Part shown: piece after piece, positions 24,590 through 36,807 of the stretch
How positions within the stretch are numbered: the first letter of the stretch is position 1
Layout: each line of letters starts with the position of its first letter
Assembly: GCA_001600815.1 (NCBI GenBank)
Contig: BCKZ01000002.1
Span: 310,001-374,000 of the forward strand
Reading direction: 5' to 3'
Length of the DNA stretch: 64,000 bases
From: Alloascoidea hylecoeti
Taxonomy: Eukaryota
Made by a program: the position numbers and the translations under genes
Notes under the pieces: generated by a model
Told to the model about the DNA's origin: nothing
Database searches by the model: none
The model's input: only the letters and a program-made list of their open reading frames with translations

Positions 24590-25240
24590 GATTGGTGATT
24601 TATAGAGTAATAAGTATGAAGAAGAATTGTTTAACAAAAGGAAATTGACCAGTTTAAATATCATCTTAGAATTATTTGGTAATAGTCTCCTGATTTTACT
24701 TTGTGTAACTTTAAATAATATTCGAGGGTAAGCGGAAACAGCAGTCATCCATTGGACAACACTTTGAAGACACATTTCACCATAATTAGTTGGTCCAAGA
24801 GTCTGTACACAATGTATGAACAACTCCAGCACCTCTGGTGTTGAGCCTACGACTAAAAGGCGTGTTCAAAGTTGAAGATAAAGATGACTATATAATTGAG
24901 ATGAATCAATAAGAAGTTAATTAATGTACTCCTATTCTTCATAAATATAAGTGTGATAATAATGTTAATACCTAATCAGCTAATTAGTCTTTATCCATAT
25001 ATGGAATAAATTCTTTGAAACTATTTAAATGGCCTAGAGCAAGTGTATAATTATAGCGTTTAATCGTTTAAGAGGATTTTTTACCAACATGCCCTAGTAA
25101 TCCTATAATATAGAGCATAGGAGTTCGATCTTGTAGAAACAAGGCTTTTGTTTATGATTATTAATTCAAGAACTTCTTCCAAATTCCGTAGTAGTTCTAG
25201 ATGGATGTTGCAAAATATGATATAAATATACAGAAGAATC

Positions 25241-25545
25241 ATGACGATTAATCTCGATATGCACAAATTCAAATATTTTTTTTACATAATATCTTTTAAT
25301 TATTAGTTTCAAATTCTTTATTATCAATTAGATTATCGATAAAATCAACTACATGTATTCAGAGTCAGGCTCTACTTCTTGTTTATTTAAGACAATTATA
25401 ATTTATAACATAACCTGACGATTAATATCAGTATGCGCAAATTCAAATATTTTTCATGTACAATATCTTTTAATTATAAGTTTTAGATTTCTTTTTATCA
25501 ATTGGATTATTGATATAATTAACTAATCTTGTTTATTTTAACATA
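25241..25545. repeat. Diverged direct repeat, about 175-nt period
   Basis: TGACGATTAAT..GC(A/G)CAAATTCAAATATTTTT..AATATCTTTTAATTA..TTATCAATT..CTTGTTTATTT occurs at about 25241 and 25417. Confidence 0.75.
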
Positions 25546-25595
25546 TCTATATACAACAGATATATATACAAATATATACAAATATGATAAATTGC

Positions 25596-26389
25596 TTATT
25601 TAACCTTCTTAGCTTTAAGTTTAATTGTTTCATCACCTTTATAAACACCCTATAGAAATATGTTAGTAATTTAATCCGAAATAAAAATTGATATCCATGA
25701 AATTCACTTACCTTTCCTTTATATGGATCTGGTGGATGCAATTGTTTTATTTGCCCTGCCAGCAAATTCACTTGTTGTTTATTAGATCCCTCTATTATAA
25801 TTCGTGTTGGGACGGGAATTTTAACAACAATATCTTTTGGTATAGGCATTAATTGCGCATTACAAAAACCAATTTTCAAACTAACATATCTGACATCATC
25901 AATGGTTTCAAGTTGAGCTTTATAACCAGTTCCCAGTAATTTCAAAATGGCAAGATGTCCTTCAGTAACACCAATAATATGATTATACACTGTAGCACGA
26001 GTAGTTCCCCAAAATGTCTTTTGGATCTTACTATCGGGGTTCTTAACACTGAATGTCATCTTTTTCCCCTTATCTTCCTTTTTAATATTGATAAAATTGG
26101 CCAATTCAAAATTCTCTTCGCCTAATGGTCCCTTAACATTAATTTTTTTGCTGAATCTCAATTTATCTGGCCCCTTTGTCTTTAAAATAGGAGTTTCCAT
26201 ATTAACTATTGTGACCTCAACATTCTCTGGGATTGTAATGGGTGATGAACCAATATAAGACTGGTTAATTGAAGATGTTGAAAATTGGTTTCTCAAGATC
26301 TGATTTCTTGAGACACAAACAGAACTTCGCGAAAGTATATTGAACTCTCTAGAGACGAATCTGGCACTTGTTAGTCCACTCCTCAACAT
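25596..26389 (-). CDS. MRPL6: Mitochondrial ribosomal protein uL6m; exons 26389-25712, 25649-25596
   Basis: SYIGSSPI, WGTTRA, GVTEGH, PPDPYKGK|GVY. Confidence 0.93.
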
Positions 26390-26549
26390 GCTATTTTCCG
26401 TTCGTCCTCAAACAGTTCTGGTGTTGGAGTCGTTGATTTTTCACTTTTTTTATTAGGTGTAAACATCAGCACGGTAGATATGCTACCTCCGAACACACAA
26501 ACAGTAAAACATATTTTCTTTCCATAACTTTTCAAAGTAAAAGTTGAAA

Positions 26550-27416
26550 ATGAATGTTTATTCTTCATTGAGGCCCCTGCTGAGGTCCAACACTCTAAAA
26601 GTTCGAGAGGGTTTGTCTTCAAGGATCACATTGACCTCCCTATCAACGCAAATCAGAATGAAAGCCTTTTTAGTGGCCCCAGGTGCAGTTGCTGAAGTGG
26701 AAACACCACAACCTGATCTACTTCATTCTCCCAAACAAGCACATTCTAGAAAACGACTATTATCTCGACCTGGATTGATTGCTATAAAAAGAGGCATGGT
26801 TCCTTATTTTACAGAAGATGGAAGAAGATTCCCTTGTACCGTACTAGAAGTTGATTCAGTTGAAGTTACACACGTCAAGAAAGAACCAATAGATGGATAT
26901 TGGGCAGTCCAACTTGGTATTGGTTTCAAGAAAGCTAATAATGTTACTAGACAAATGCTTGGACACTTTGCGAGAGCTGTTGTTGCTCCAAAGGCTAAAC
27001 TCATGGAATTTCAAGTTAGAGATGAATCTGGGTTATTACCATTAGGTACTGAATTGAAGGCTGACCATTTTAAAGAAGGTCAACTCGTTGACATTAAATC
27101 TGTCAGCAAAGGTAAAGGTTTTGCCGGTGTTATGAAACGATGGAACTTTGGTGGTGGTAGAGCAACACATGGTACTTCTAAAGCACATAGACAAGGTGGT
27201 TCTTATGGTCAAAATCAAACACCAGGTCGGGTCTTGCCAGGTAAAAAGATGCCTGGTCATATGGGAAATCATCAGGTTACAATTAAACATTCGCCAATCA
27301 TCAAGGTTTTTCCTGAAAAGGGGATAATTTTAGTTAAAGGTCCTGTTTCAGGTCCAGATGGATCTTTCATCAAGTTACAGGACTCATTTGGAAAGTTAAA
27401 AGCTGGTAGAATTTAA
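26550..27416 (+). CDS. MRPL9: Mitochondrial ribosomal protein uL3m
   Basis: RPGLIAIKRGM, SKGKGFAGVMKRWNF, PGRVLPGKKMPGHMG. Confidence 0.95.
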   Translation: MNVYSSLRPLLRSNTLKVREGLSSRITLTSLSTQIRMKAFLVAPGAVAEVETPQPDLLHSPKQAHSRKRLLSRPGLIAIKRGMVPYFTEDGRRFPCTVLEVDSVEVTHVKKEPIDGYWAVQLGIGFKKANNVTRQMLGHFARAVVAPKAKLMEFQVRDESGLLPLGTELKADHFKEGQLVDIKSVSKGKGFAGVMKRWNFGGGRATHGTSKAHRQGGSYGQNQTPGRVLPGKKMPGHMGNHQVTIKHSPIIKVFPEKGIILVKGPVSGPDGSFIKLQDSFGKLKAGRI

Positions 27417-27930
27417 AATATAATGAATAGTACTAGTGTTGTATATAGAGCATTATCATTTTATAAATAAATAAGTCAATTGCAATAATCTAATTGTAAT
27501 TGGTTGTGAATTTAAATAATACCTAAAAATCTGTAAGGCTAAATTATAAATTATATATTTATATAAATTCTATTGACTAATATTAAGGCCATGGACGAAA
27601 ATTATACAATATTAATAAAACAGTATTGATGTATAGAATTAAAAATGTTGAAAAGGTAAAATAAAGTGCTCATAAATCAATTGCAAAAGTCATAACAAAT
27701 CTAAACCTTCAATTTTTTTTCAATTCTTTTTGTAGTTCATTTGATTAGTTATAATGCTTCGACATTTAAAATGTCAAGATATATGCCACTTTATATATAC
27801 TTGATTTTCTTATGTATTAAATATCTGGTTTTATTTTGTATCCCAAAAATCATAATGAAGTTTAGAACACAAAAATATTATAATGTAGTTTTTGTTTTCA
27901 ATTGAGATATAATTCGATTTCTTTAAATTT

Positions 27931-30900
27931 TCAATCGTCATCCATTTCTGAAGGTTTGATCAAACCGCCAATTTTTTTAGCCTTTTCTTTTTCTAATTTT
28001 TGTTTTTCTAATAATTCACTCTCTTTATCAGCGGCAAAAAGATAATCTGTTGGATCACCACCAAACTCTTTAATTTGGACCAAGAAATCACGTAATGTAC
28101 TTTTAAATTTAATCAGATCACCGTGTATTGCAAATAAGGTATTAATGAAATTGCCAACCTGTTCTTTTTGTAATTGTTCGAACCCAGTTAATAACATAGA
28201 AGCAAGAGATTCTTTTACAAAATCCCTATTAGATGTACCAGCAGGAGCTTCATTTTCACTGTACAATGGGGCAGGAATACTATTTGTTTCAACCAAATTA
28301 ATAAGTTTAGCTAATAATTGAGATTGATGTACAAACCCATCTTTATGATCACCTTCAGTCAAAACAAAGAAAGTATCTTTCAAAATCGAAAAATAGAATT
28401 GTTGATAAAAACTGCCAACAAACTCTGAATTTTCTAACGCTGAAACATTATCCAATAGTTCAATTGCAAGCTCTAAACCTGTTGATTCAACATCTCTATT
28501 ATTATGTTTAAAAGCCCATAAGATTGCATTAATGAATAATTCGAATCCAGCAGGTGGCAATTTAACCAAAGCATTGAATGATTTAGAATTAATTTCTCTT
28601 AATAATCTATAAAATTCAACACGATGTTCTGGATATTCGGTGAAGTCCTTATCAATCATACTTAAAGTTTGTTCAAAAACATTGTTGAGAATAATACTAA
28701 CAGCATCTGGAATTATACTGCCAACTCGTGAAATCAAAGTTGTCATACAATTTAATACTTCAGCATCTCTAGCATCTGGAACATTTGAACTATAATCATC
28801 TAAGACAGCAGATAATAATGGTTGGGCTAGGTTTTGGACAACATCATCAAGATTATTCGCTTTGCTAATATATGCCTCAACCAATTTTAAGATTTCCTTT
28901 TTAATTGTTCTTAAACCTCTAACACGAGGAGTTTTCGTAGCAACTAAACCATCACGTTCAACAGAATCCGAAATCATTTTTGAAACCGCAGCATATAAGC
29001 TTAACATATCGATAAAAATTGAACTCAATTGAGAATAAAAACTATGACCAACAGTAGTACAAACAGCAACATTTGTTTTCATAACATTTGCAATAATTTT
29101 AATTGTATTTGTATCAGAAAGTAATTCTGGATTTTGACTTGCTTGGGAAATTATTACATTCCATGCAGCATTTGGTAATTCTAAAAGAGTAGCAATTAAT
29201 TTTTCACGGATTGGTTTTGATGGTTGTACTGAAATAATATAACCACATGCTTTATAAAAAGTATGAACTTGGTTTGGCTGTAAGTCTGAAGTAATCGAAG
29301 GCAAGTCTCTTATGATACTTTCAATGAATGGTTCCGATTCACCTGATTGTTGAGCAACAAAATGTCTATTACACTTTTGACTAATCTTAATAAAAGTATC
29401 ACAGGCCATATCTTGAACACCTTCATGAGTTTCATGCATAAATTCGAACAATTTATTAACAACTGTTTTTAAGAATTTCCAATGAGCTTTTAAGAAACGT
29501 GGATATTGACCAACAATATACATGATATTTGAAGCAACAACGGCCTTATTGTCTTTACCGCGTTTCATTTCAGTCAAGGATAATAAATCTTTAATAACTG
29601 TAACCAAAAAGCGTTTTTCCATTTCTTCATTCATACTACCAGAAATTGAACCGATTGCCCAACATAAAGTATTAATATTATGCCATGACCATTCACTTCC
29701 ATCAAGCTGTTTAGCTAGCTTATCGGTCATGATTTGTTCAGTATCAACGACATCCAAGTGAGTAAGGAAAACTAAAACTTCTCTCATACTTTTATATAAA
29801 GTAATTGTATCACTTTCACGAACAAATTCTCTAACGATCTCACCTTCATCATTTTCAACGATTAAGACCTCTTCAGGTCTTGTCATTTTTGAAATCATAA
29901 TTTTCCGTAATTCTGAAAGAATATCAGCATAGATATGTTTCCTAAGAGGGAAATTAGCCAATAATTCGGGATTTATGGCGCCACGAGAATGGAAAACCGA
30001 AGAAAAATTCATTTGCATAAGTGGGTTCAAGTCAGACATTGGTATATTTTGAACTTCTTCATATAAATCATTAACCAATTTAGACCAATAATCTAAACAA
30101 ATTTTAAAGATTTCGCGCTCTTCTATTTGCGAAAGTTTTATGACATAGGAATGGGCATTGATTAGTAAATCTCTAGATTCATTCTTTTCAATGATTCTTA
30201 AATGATTAGATAAGAAAGTGCATAAAAACATTGCAAGGTCTTGAATAAATTCTTGATCTGTTGTACCAGAAGTTCTATAAGATTCTTTTAAATCCGTCTC
30301 AACGGGGATGATTTCATTAATTTTGGACATTGCTTCACAAAATAAGGAGTAGAAGGTATGATCATAATTCTTAGAAATTAGACCAGATATTTCAGTTAAA
30401 CACTTCATTGAAACGCTTCTTGATTCAGGAGCATATAAAAATTTATCAGATAATAATACAAGGATTTGTGTTTCAAAAATATAACCCATTGGGATCCAAT
30501 TCAAATAACGTAATAAGCAATTTAAAGTAGCAACAATTAAAGGGATCCTATCAGCTTTCTCCAAAACCTCATAACATAAACGGAAGATTTCCGAAAATTC
30601 CTCACCAAGCTTTGCCTTCATTGTTTGGGCCTTTGCCTGAGTCATCTGCTCAGCAGAGAAATCGAAAACTTCTTCAGAAAGTAGTTTCAATATAACCATG
30701 TTGTTTTCACAAACATTGAAACCTGTACGACTTGAAGCAACAATTTCGGGAATAAAAGCGGGCCACTTAGCAGGCCATTCTTGTTTGATTATTTGAACCA
30801 AAGTAAGATCGCATTTATTGATAAGAGCACGTTGGGTTCTGAATACGTCATCATTTTCACATAAAGCTATAATCATATTAACGATGAAGTTCCTGATACC

Positions 30901-31382
30901 CTCTGATTGGGCTGGGGGAAGAGCTTTCCATCTTGTTTTGATTAACTTGTCAAGAATTGATAGAGCAATATCTAATAAGAGAGGAAAAAGTTAATATTAG
31001 TGATAATAATGGCGAGTAACAAAATAAGGGGTTACACATACATTTGGTTTGGGAATCATTAGAAAGTTGAAGAATTCTATCCGCAGTTGTCCAAGCATTT
31101 GGATCATTTTGAAACTAAACAGAAACAAAAAAGTCAGCAAGATCAATTATAAATCAATTGATTAAAGTAAATTGCAGTGAAATTCAGTGGTGTAAAACAT
31201 ACTCTTGTAACGACATTTTGAGCCAGTATTCGCTAGATAAACACGGAGAGTTAGTCGATCTATCCAGAAAAAGGTGAAAAAAACAAGCATACCTCTTCGC
31301 CAGAGCCTCCATAGAAGGTCTGAACGACACGGTCCAGCAAAGCGACGTCTAACTCCTGAGAAAAATCTAGAACGGCCTCCAT
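27931..31382 (-). CDS. CRM1: Exportin-1; exons 31382-31293, 31232-31203, 31114-31042, 30971-27931
   Basis: [21 protein letters not shown]-terminus, [49 protein letters not shown]. Confidence 0.97.
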
Positions 31383-31544
31383 TGAAAAGCAGAAAATTGG
31401 TGAAGCAGAAGGAATTGATTTTCTGGTGGTGCACTTCTACTCTCTTTTTCCGTTTTCACAGTTGTTGGCGTACATCTGGGACCGGACTGATTTGTATTAT
31501 AGCAATTGTTTTTACTTCTGATTCTTGAATTGTATTTGTGCACA

Positions 31545-34500
31545 ATGTATGTTTTGACTGGAAATTTAAGCAAATCGATCTCATTTATTAACAATTTCAA
31601 TTCTTCTTTTTCTCAGGAAATTCGGTAAATATCTGGCTTCAAGACAATTAGATTTGCCTGAATATTCGGGCTATTTCATCAATTATAAAGGTCTCAAAAA
31701 GGTATTATTGTTAATGTTAATGTTAATGTCAATGACAATGGATGCTAATGATGATTTCCAGTTAATAAAATCTTTATCTGCTCCAGCGAGACAAGCAAAT
31801 GCTTCCCATCATGAGATTGAAAGAGTCCTACAAGAAAACAAAGCAACCTTCTTCTTCAAACTCGTACGTCTCGATTCCATCATCAATTGTCCAAACCCCA
31901 CCTAATCATATTTAATCATATCTCTTATTTTTTTTCAGGAACGCGAATTGGAAAAAATAAATGCTTTTTATATAGTTAAGGAAGCTGAGGTAGATATACA
32001 CATGGATTTAATGAAATATATTTTTCAACTATCTACTAATCTTCTTCATGCAGCTTAAACTACGAATTGATATCCTCAATAAAACAGAAGAAGAAGCTCT
32101 TCAAAAGGGAAGGCTTGAGTCTCGAAACTCCGTAGCATACATTTCAATACACGAAGGATACCAACGCTTTAGGAGAGATCTGGAAAAACTTGAGGTAGCT
32201 ATACTCTTTTTATTACGTCATTAGATCAACATATTAATATCCATATCTAGAAATATATCCAACTAAATGAGACGGGGTTCTCAAAAGCCCTCAAGAAGTG
32301 GGACAAACGGTCAAAATCACATACTAAAGAAGTTTACTTAACTACAGCTGTTGAGGTACAACCCGTTTTTCATAGGTCTGAGATTTCTCAATTATCTGAT
32401 TTAGCAAGTACTTGTATTCTAGAACTGGAATCCCGTTGTGATAATGAAAATAAATCATCCAAGATTCTTTTTAAAGATGAAGATTCAGATAAAATAACCG
32501 ATGAATTATATTATGAATTTGTTAAAAAGGCTTCTTCTCCAAATATCGATTCTAATCTACAAAATATAAAAGAATTAATAGAAAAGTCAAAACAAACAAA
32601 AGATCCCAAAAAGCAAATGACAAAAATTTTATACTTATCAATATCTTCAAATGCTTCAAATTTATCTTTACAGGCAATGATTGATTCGGGATTTGTTGAT
32701 TTAAATTCAAAAGATGATCTCAGTGGTAGAAATTGTTTACATGTTGCTGTTATTGCAAATAGAGAGCCTATCATTGATATAGCTTTAAAGCTTGGTGTCG
32801 ATTTGAACAGTAGAGATGCTACTGGTAGAACTCCTCTACATTTTGCTGCTATTCATAATAGAAAAGATGTTGTCATTAAATTAATAGAAGCTGGTGCAAA
32901 TCTTGATATTGTTGATCAAGATAACTTCTCTCCTTTATTATACTCAATTAAAAATAAGAACCCCGATTTAGTTAAAATCCTTGTTGATCATGGTGCTTCA
33001 ATAAATGGCAATTGCGATCAAGGTTATATACCTCTTAATTTTGCATGTCAATATGGTGTTCATGAAGCCTGTGATATTCTATTGAAAAAACCTGATATAA
33101 AACTTCAAACAGATGCAAATGGATTATCACCAATTCATGTAGCTGCAAGTGCTGGTTATCATACCATAATTCAACTTCTTATTGAGCATAATCCTAATGT
33201 AAATGAAATTGATAAATTAAACCATTGGACTGCGCTATACTATGCTGCTTTGGAAGGTCATCTCAAGTCTGTTAAAGTTCTATTAGAAGCAGGCGCCGAT
33301 CCTGGTATTACTGATAACGATGGTCATTCGCCTGATTACTACGCAGCTTGGGAAGGTCACTTGGACTGTCTTTATCTGTTAACCCAAACTAAAAAGGAAC
33401 ACCAACAATTACAACCAAAAATTCTTACTCATAATCAAAATTCCTCCTCAAATAATTATATTTCAAATCCTACTAGTTCAATACTCACAACTACAGATTT
33501 AGACTCAATCGAACTAATCCCAGATCTTGAATTACCTCCTCCACTCATACCATTACGAAGGTATGGTCATAATGTTCTTGACGAAAAGATTTTCTTACAA
33601 TTGATGTTTCCACCTGGTACACAAGCAATTAAATTTTACTCAGATGATGGAATGACTTCTAGTCGTGGTTATCGCATAACTGTATCTTCATGTGGTTCAG
33701 ATACAATGCCTAGAAACATTTCTTTCCCAATTGATAACGATATCGAGAGATCAAAATTAACTTTCAAATTAGATCTAGATGATTTGAATAAATGTGTGAT
33801 TGATTTTGAGTTATATCCTGCTTTTGGTACAAAATTAAATGCAAAAGCAACCGCAATCTCGAAAACTTTCATCGAATCAACTTTAGATGGGGTTCGTGGC
33901 GATTGTATACTACCATTATTTGATGGAAAATTAAGAGCTATAGCAGAATTAAAATTCATGTATATAATTGTTAAACCATATCCTGGTAAGCCTTTACAAA
34001 TTTCAAAATATGATACTTACTGGAAATCAACTACGCCTAATAATAATAACAATCATTCAATTATTAATAGCAATACTATCTCAAATGCTTTAACCACTTC
34101 ATTACATTCATCAAGTCAAGTGAATCCTTTATTGTCAGCTGCAACTTTAAATTCCGTTCAAAATTTTTCATTCATTAATGGTTCATCATTATCAGGGGAA
34201 TATGTTTCCGTGAAACTAGCGATGACTCGTGATAATGTCCCAATAATTTGTCCGGATTGGTTTATCACGAATAGTTCTAAGGATGTAAACATACCAATAT
34301 CTGATTTAATTTATTCAGATTTTAAGACCATGTTAAGAGATTTAATTAATATTGAACAAATAAATACAAGTTTAAAATCAGTTGAAACAGCAACAGAAAC
34401 TGAAGAAATATTAAATCGAAATATGGTTTATATTTCCCTTGAAGATGTATTAAAGGTACTACCTTTAAAAATACAGCTTAATATTTATGTCTTATTTCCA

Positions 34501-35010
34501 TCAACTCAAGAAAAAAATCATTTAAACTTATCATCTGGGGTATTTTCAGATATAAATTCTTATGTTGATGTTATTCTTACAACCGTATTTGACGCTGTTA
34601 GAATGACACACGAATCAAGCCCAACACACAAATCAAGACAATTAATATTTTCTTCAAATAATGCCGATGTCTGCACTGTTTTAAATTGGAAACAACCAAA
34701 TTTCCCGGTTTTTTATAGCATGGATTCTTTCCATTTAGACAAATTTACAGGTACTAATCCGATCTGCGATGGTGTTATAGATGGATCTTTGAAAGCTGGT
34801 GTTACGTTTTCAGCTGCAAACAATTTATTAGGAATCATATGTTCTGCAAAATTACTTGAACTAGTCCCTGATTTGATTGATACTATTCGATCGTTTGGTC
34901 TTGTTTTGGTGATTTCGGATGAAGGAAATAGCAATTGTAAAGGTTTCCCAAGGATAAATGGAATCCGTTCCTCGGGAATGCTTACATTCAAAGAAACAAT
35001 TGATGTATAA
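31545..35010 (+). CDS. PHO81: SPX-ankyrin-GDPD-like CDK inhibitor Pho81/Nuc-2; exons 31545-31546, 31617-31701, 31762-31863, 31939-31989, 32054-32194, 32251-35010
   Basis: MKFGKYLASRQL..FINYKGLKK..ERELEKINAFY..GFSKALKKWDKRSK (SPX), ankyrin repeats, PPPLIPLRRYGHN, LNWKQPNFPV. Confidence 0.92.
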
Positions 35011-35157
35011 CGCTCATTTTCCTGCCCCAATTTTTCTTATGTAATTTCTGTAATAAAAATATATACGGTAGAATAGTATTATTTATGTCTTAGCTATAGT
35101 GCTACAGATACATGTCTTCAACCTCTCCAATTTTCACTGCATAGTTAAGATCTTAAC

Positions 35158-36392
35158 ATGTCTGAAAAAAAACCACAACCAGCTACGCCCACGCGTACGT
35201 CCATGCCTACGATCACAGGTCCTTTGAATACAAATGGTCCGAAGCTGATTATAGTACCAAAATGGTTGGATCCCTATAAACAAGGTGTAGCAGCATATTC
35301 TTCATCTTTGATCTCTGTACTGGTCGGATTTCCTTTAGATTCCATGAAAACACGGATACAGACTTATCATTATGCAACATACAGAGCGTGTATATCTGAT
35401 ACAATAACAAACGAGGGAATCAAAGGGTTCTTTCGAGGTGTTTGGGCCCCCCTGTTATCAACTTCTGTCTCAAGGTCCGTCTCACTCTCCATTTACATTT
35501 CAATGAAACCAATCATGACTAAACTGGCTTCCAATTTTTATAATACAGATGTGACCTACGATGGAAAACAATTATCAACTAGTGCAATCATAAAAAATTT
35601 ACCGATATCGATGGGGGCCGGATTGGCTAGTGGTGCTTGTGTCACAATTTTTGCCTGTCCCTTTGAGTTCACAAAGTTATATTCACAAGTGGAACAACTT
35701 GTATTTCGGCATACAGTCACCCAACCGGGTGCTAAATTCAAACCAAATAACACATTTTCAGTTGCTAAAAGAATTGTACAAAGTCAAGGCTTTGGGGGAC
35801 TTTATTCAGGATTTCGTTGGCATTTGTGTAAGCTCTTTGTTATTATATTATGATTCACTATTTTAATACCAATCACTAACTTATAATTATCAATAGTACG
35901 TGATTCATTGGGTACTGGTGTTTACTTCTGCTGTTATGAAACATTAAAATTATCAATTGCTAAGATATTTTCCCCACAAAAAGAGATTGGATCAGCGACA
36001 GTTGCTTTGGCCGGGGCTCTTGCTGGTGCTCTAAATTGGGTTTTTGTAAGCTTATATTTACAACGACTAATAATTCTTTAATTTCTAACGAAATGTTCTT
36101 TTGTGTTTCTAGATTTTTCCTATTGATACGACGAAATCATTGATTCAAAGAGACGTTGTGGCTCTTATACAGCAACAACGATCCGGGAAAGAAGTTACAG
36201 CCTTACCAAAGCGAATGTTACAACTCGGAGACCGAAATTCTTATAGAGGATTAGGGTAAGTTGATAATACTGTTTTTAATGATTGCAAAGTATCTAACCT
36301 TTCCCTTGGTCCATAGAATTTCCATTACCAGAACAGCACTAATAAGCATGATTTTCTTTACATGTTATGAAAAACTATGTGAAGTTATATGA
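35158..36392 (+). CDS. Mitochondrial carrier family protein; exons 35158-35827, 35897-36045, 36113-36255, 36317-36392
   Basis: Three carrier signatures FPLDSMKTRIQ, CPFEFTK, FPIDTTKS; three canonical introns. Confidence 0.88.
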
Positions 36393-36807
36393 TTGATTTT
36401 ATCTTCAGAGTTATTTTATATATATACTATTGATTTCGAAAGGCTTTATCAATGTGCCGTTTTTTCAGATCTTCGGTTTTTCAAAATTTGTGCTGATATT
36501 ACATTAGAATAGTCTTATTATTCAACTTATTTATTACAACCTCACAAATGTCTTCACATTCATAACAGTAAATATAGTATTAAAATGAATATTTGTAAAT
36601 AGATAACTGCAGTACTACATAGTCCAATTGCAATTGCAAGCTCCATATACGTGTGTGAAAATATGATACAATTGTAACTAGTTATATAGCGGTTATAAAT
36701 AAGAATATTATAATATGGTATACATAGTATTTAAAATACATAATATTAATGAACAATATACAAGGAGAAATATATCATAATAGCAAAAAATATTGCAATT
36801 GAAGTAT

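Noticed and set aside
24590..24832. N-terminal extension of the COX15 ORF from a CTG
   Set aside because: Non-ATG start, no Cox15 similarity; presequence-like region begins at the downstream ATGs
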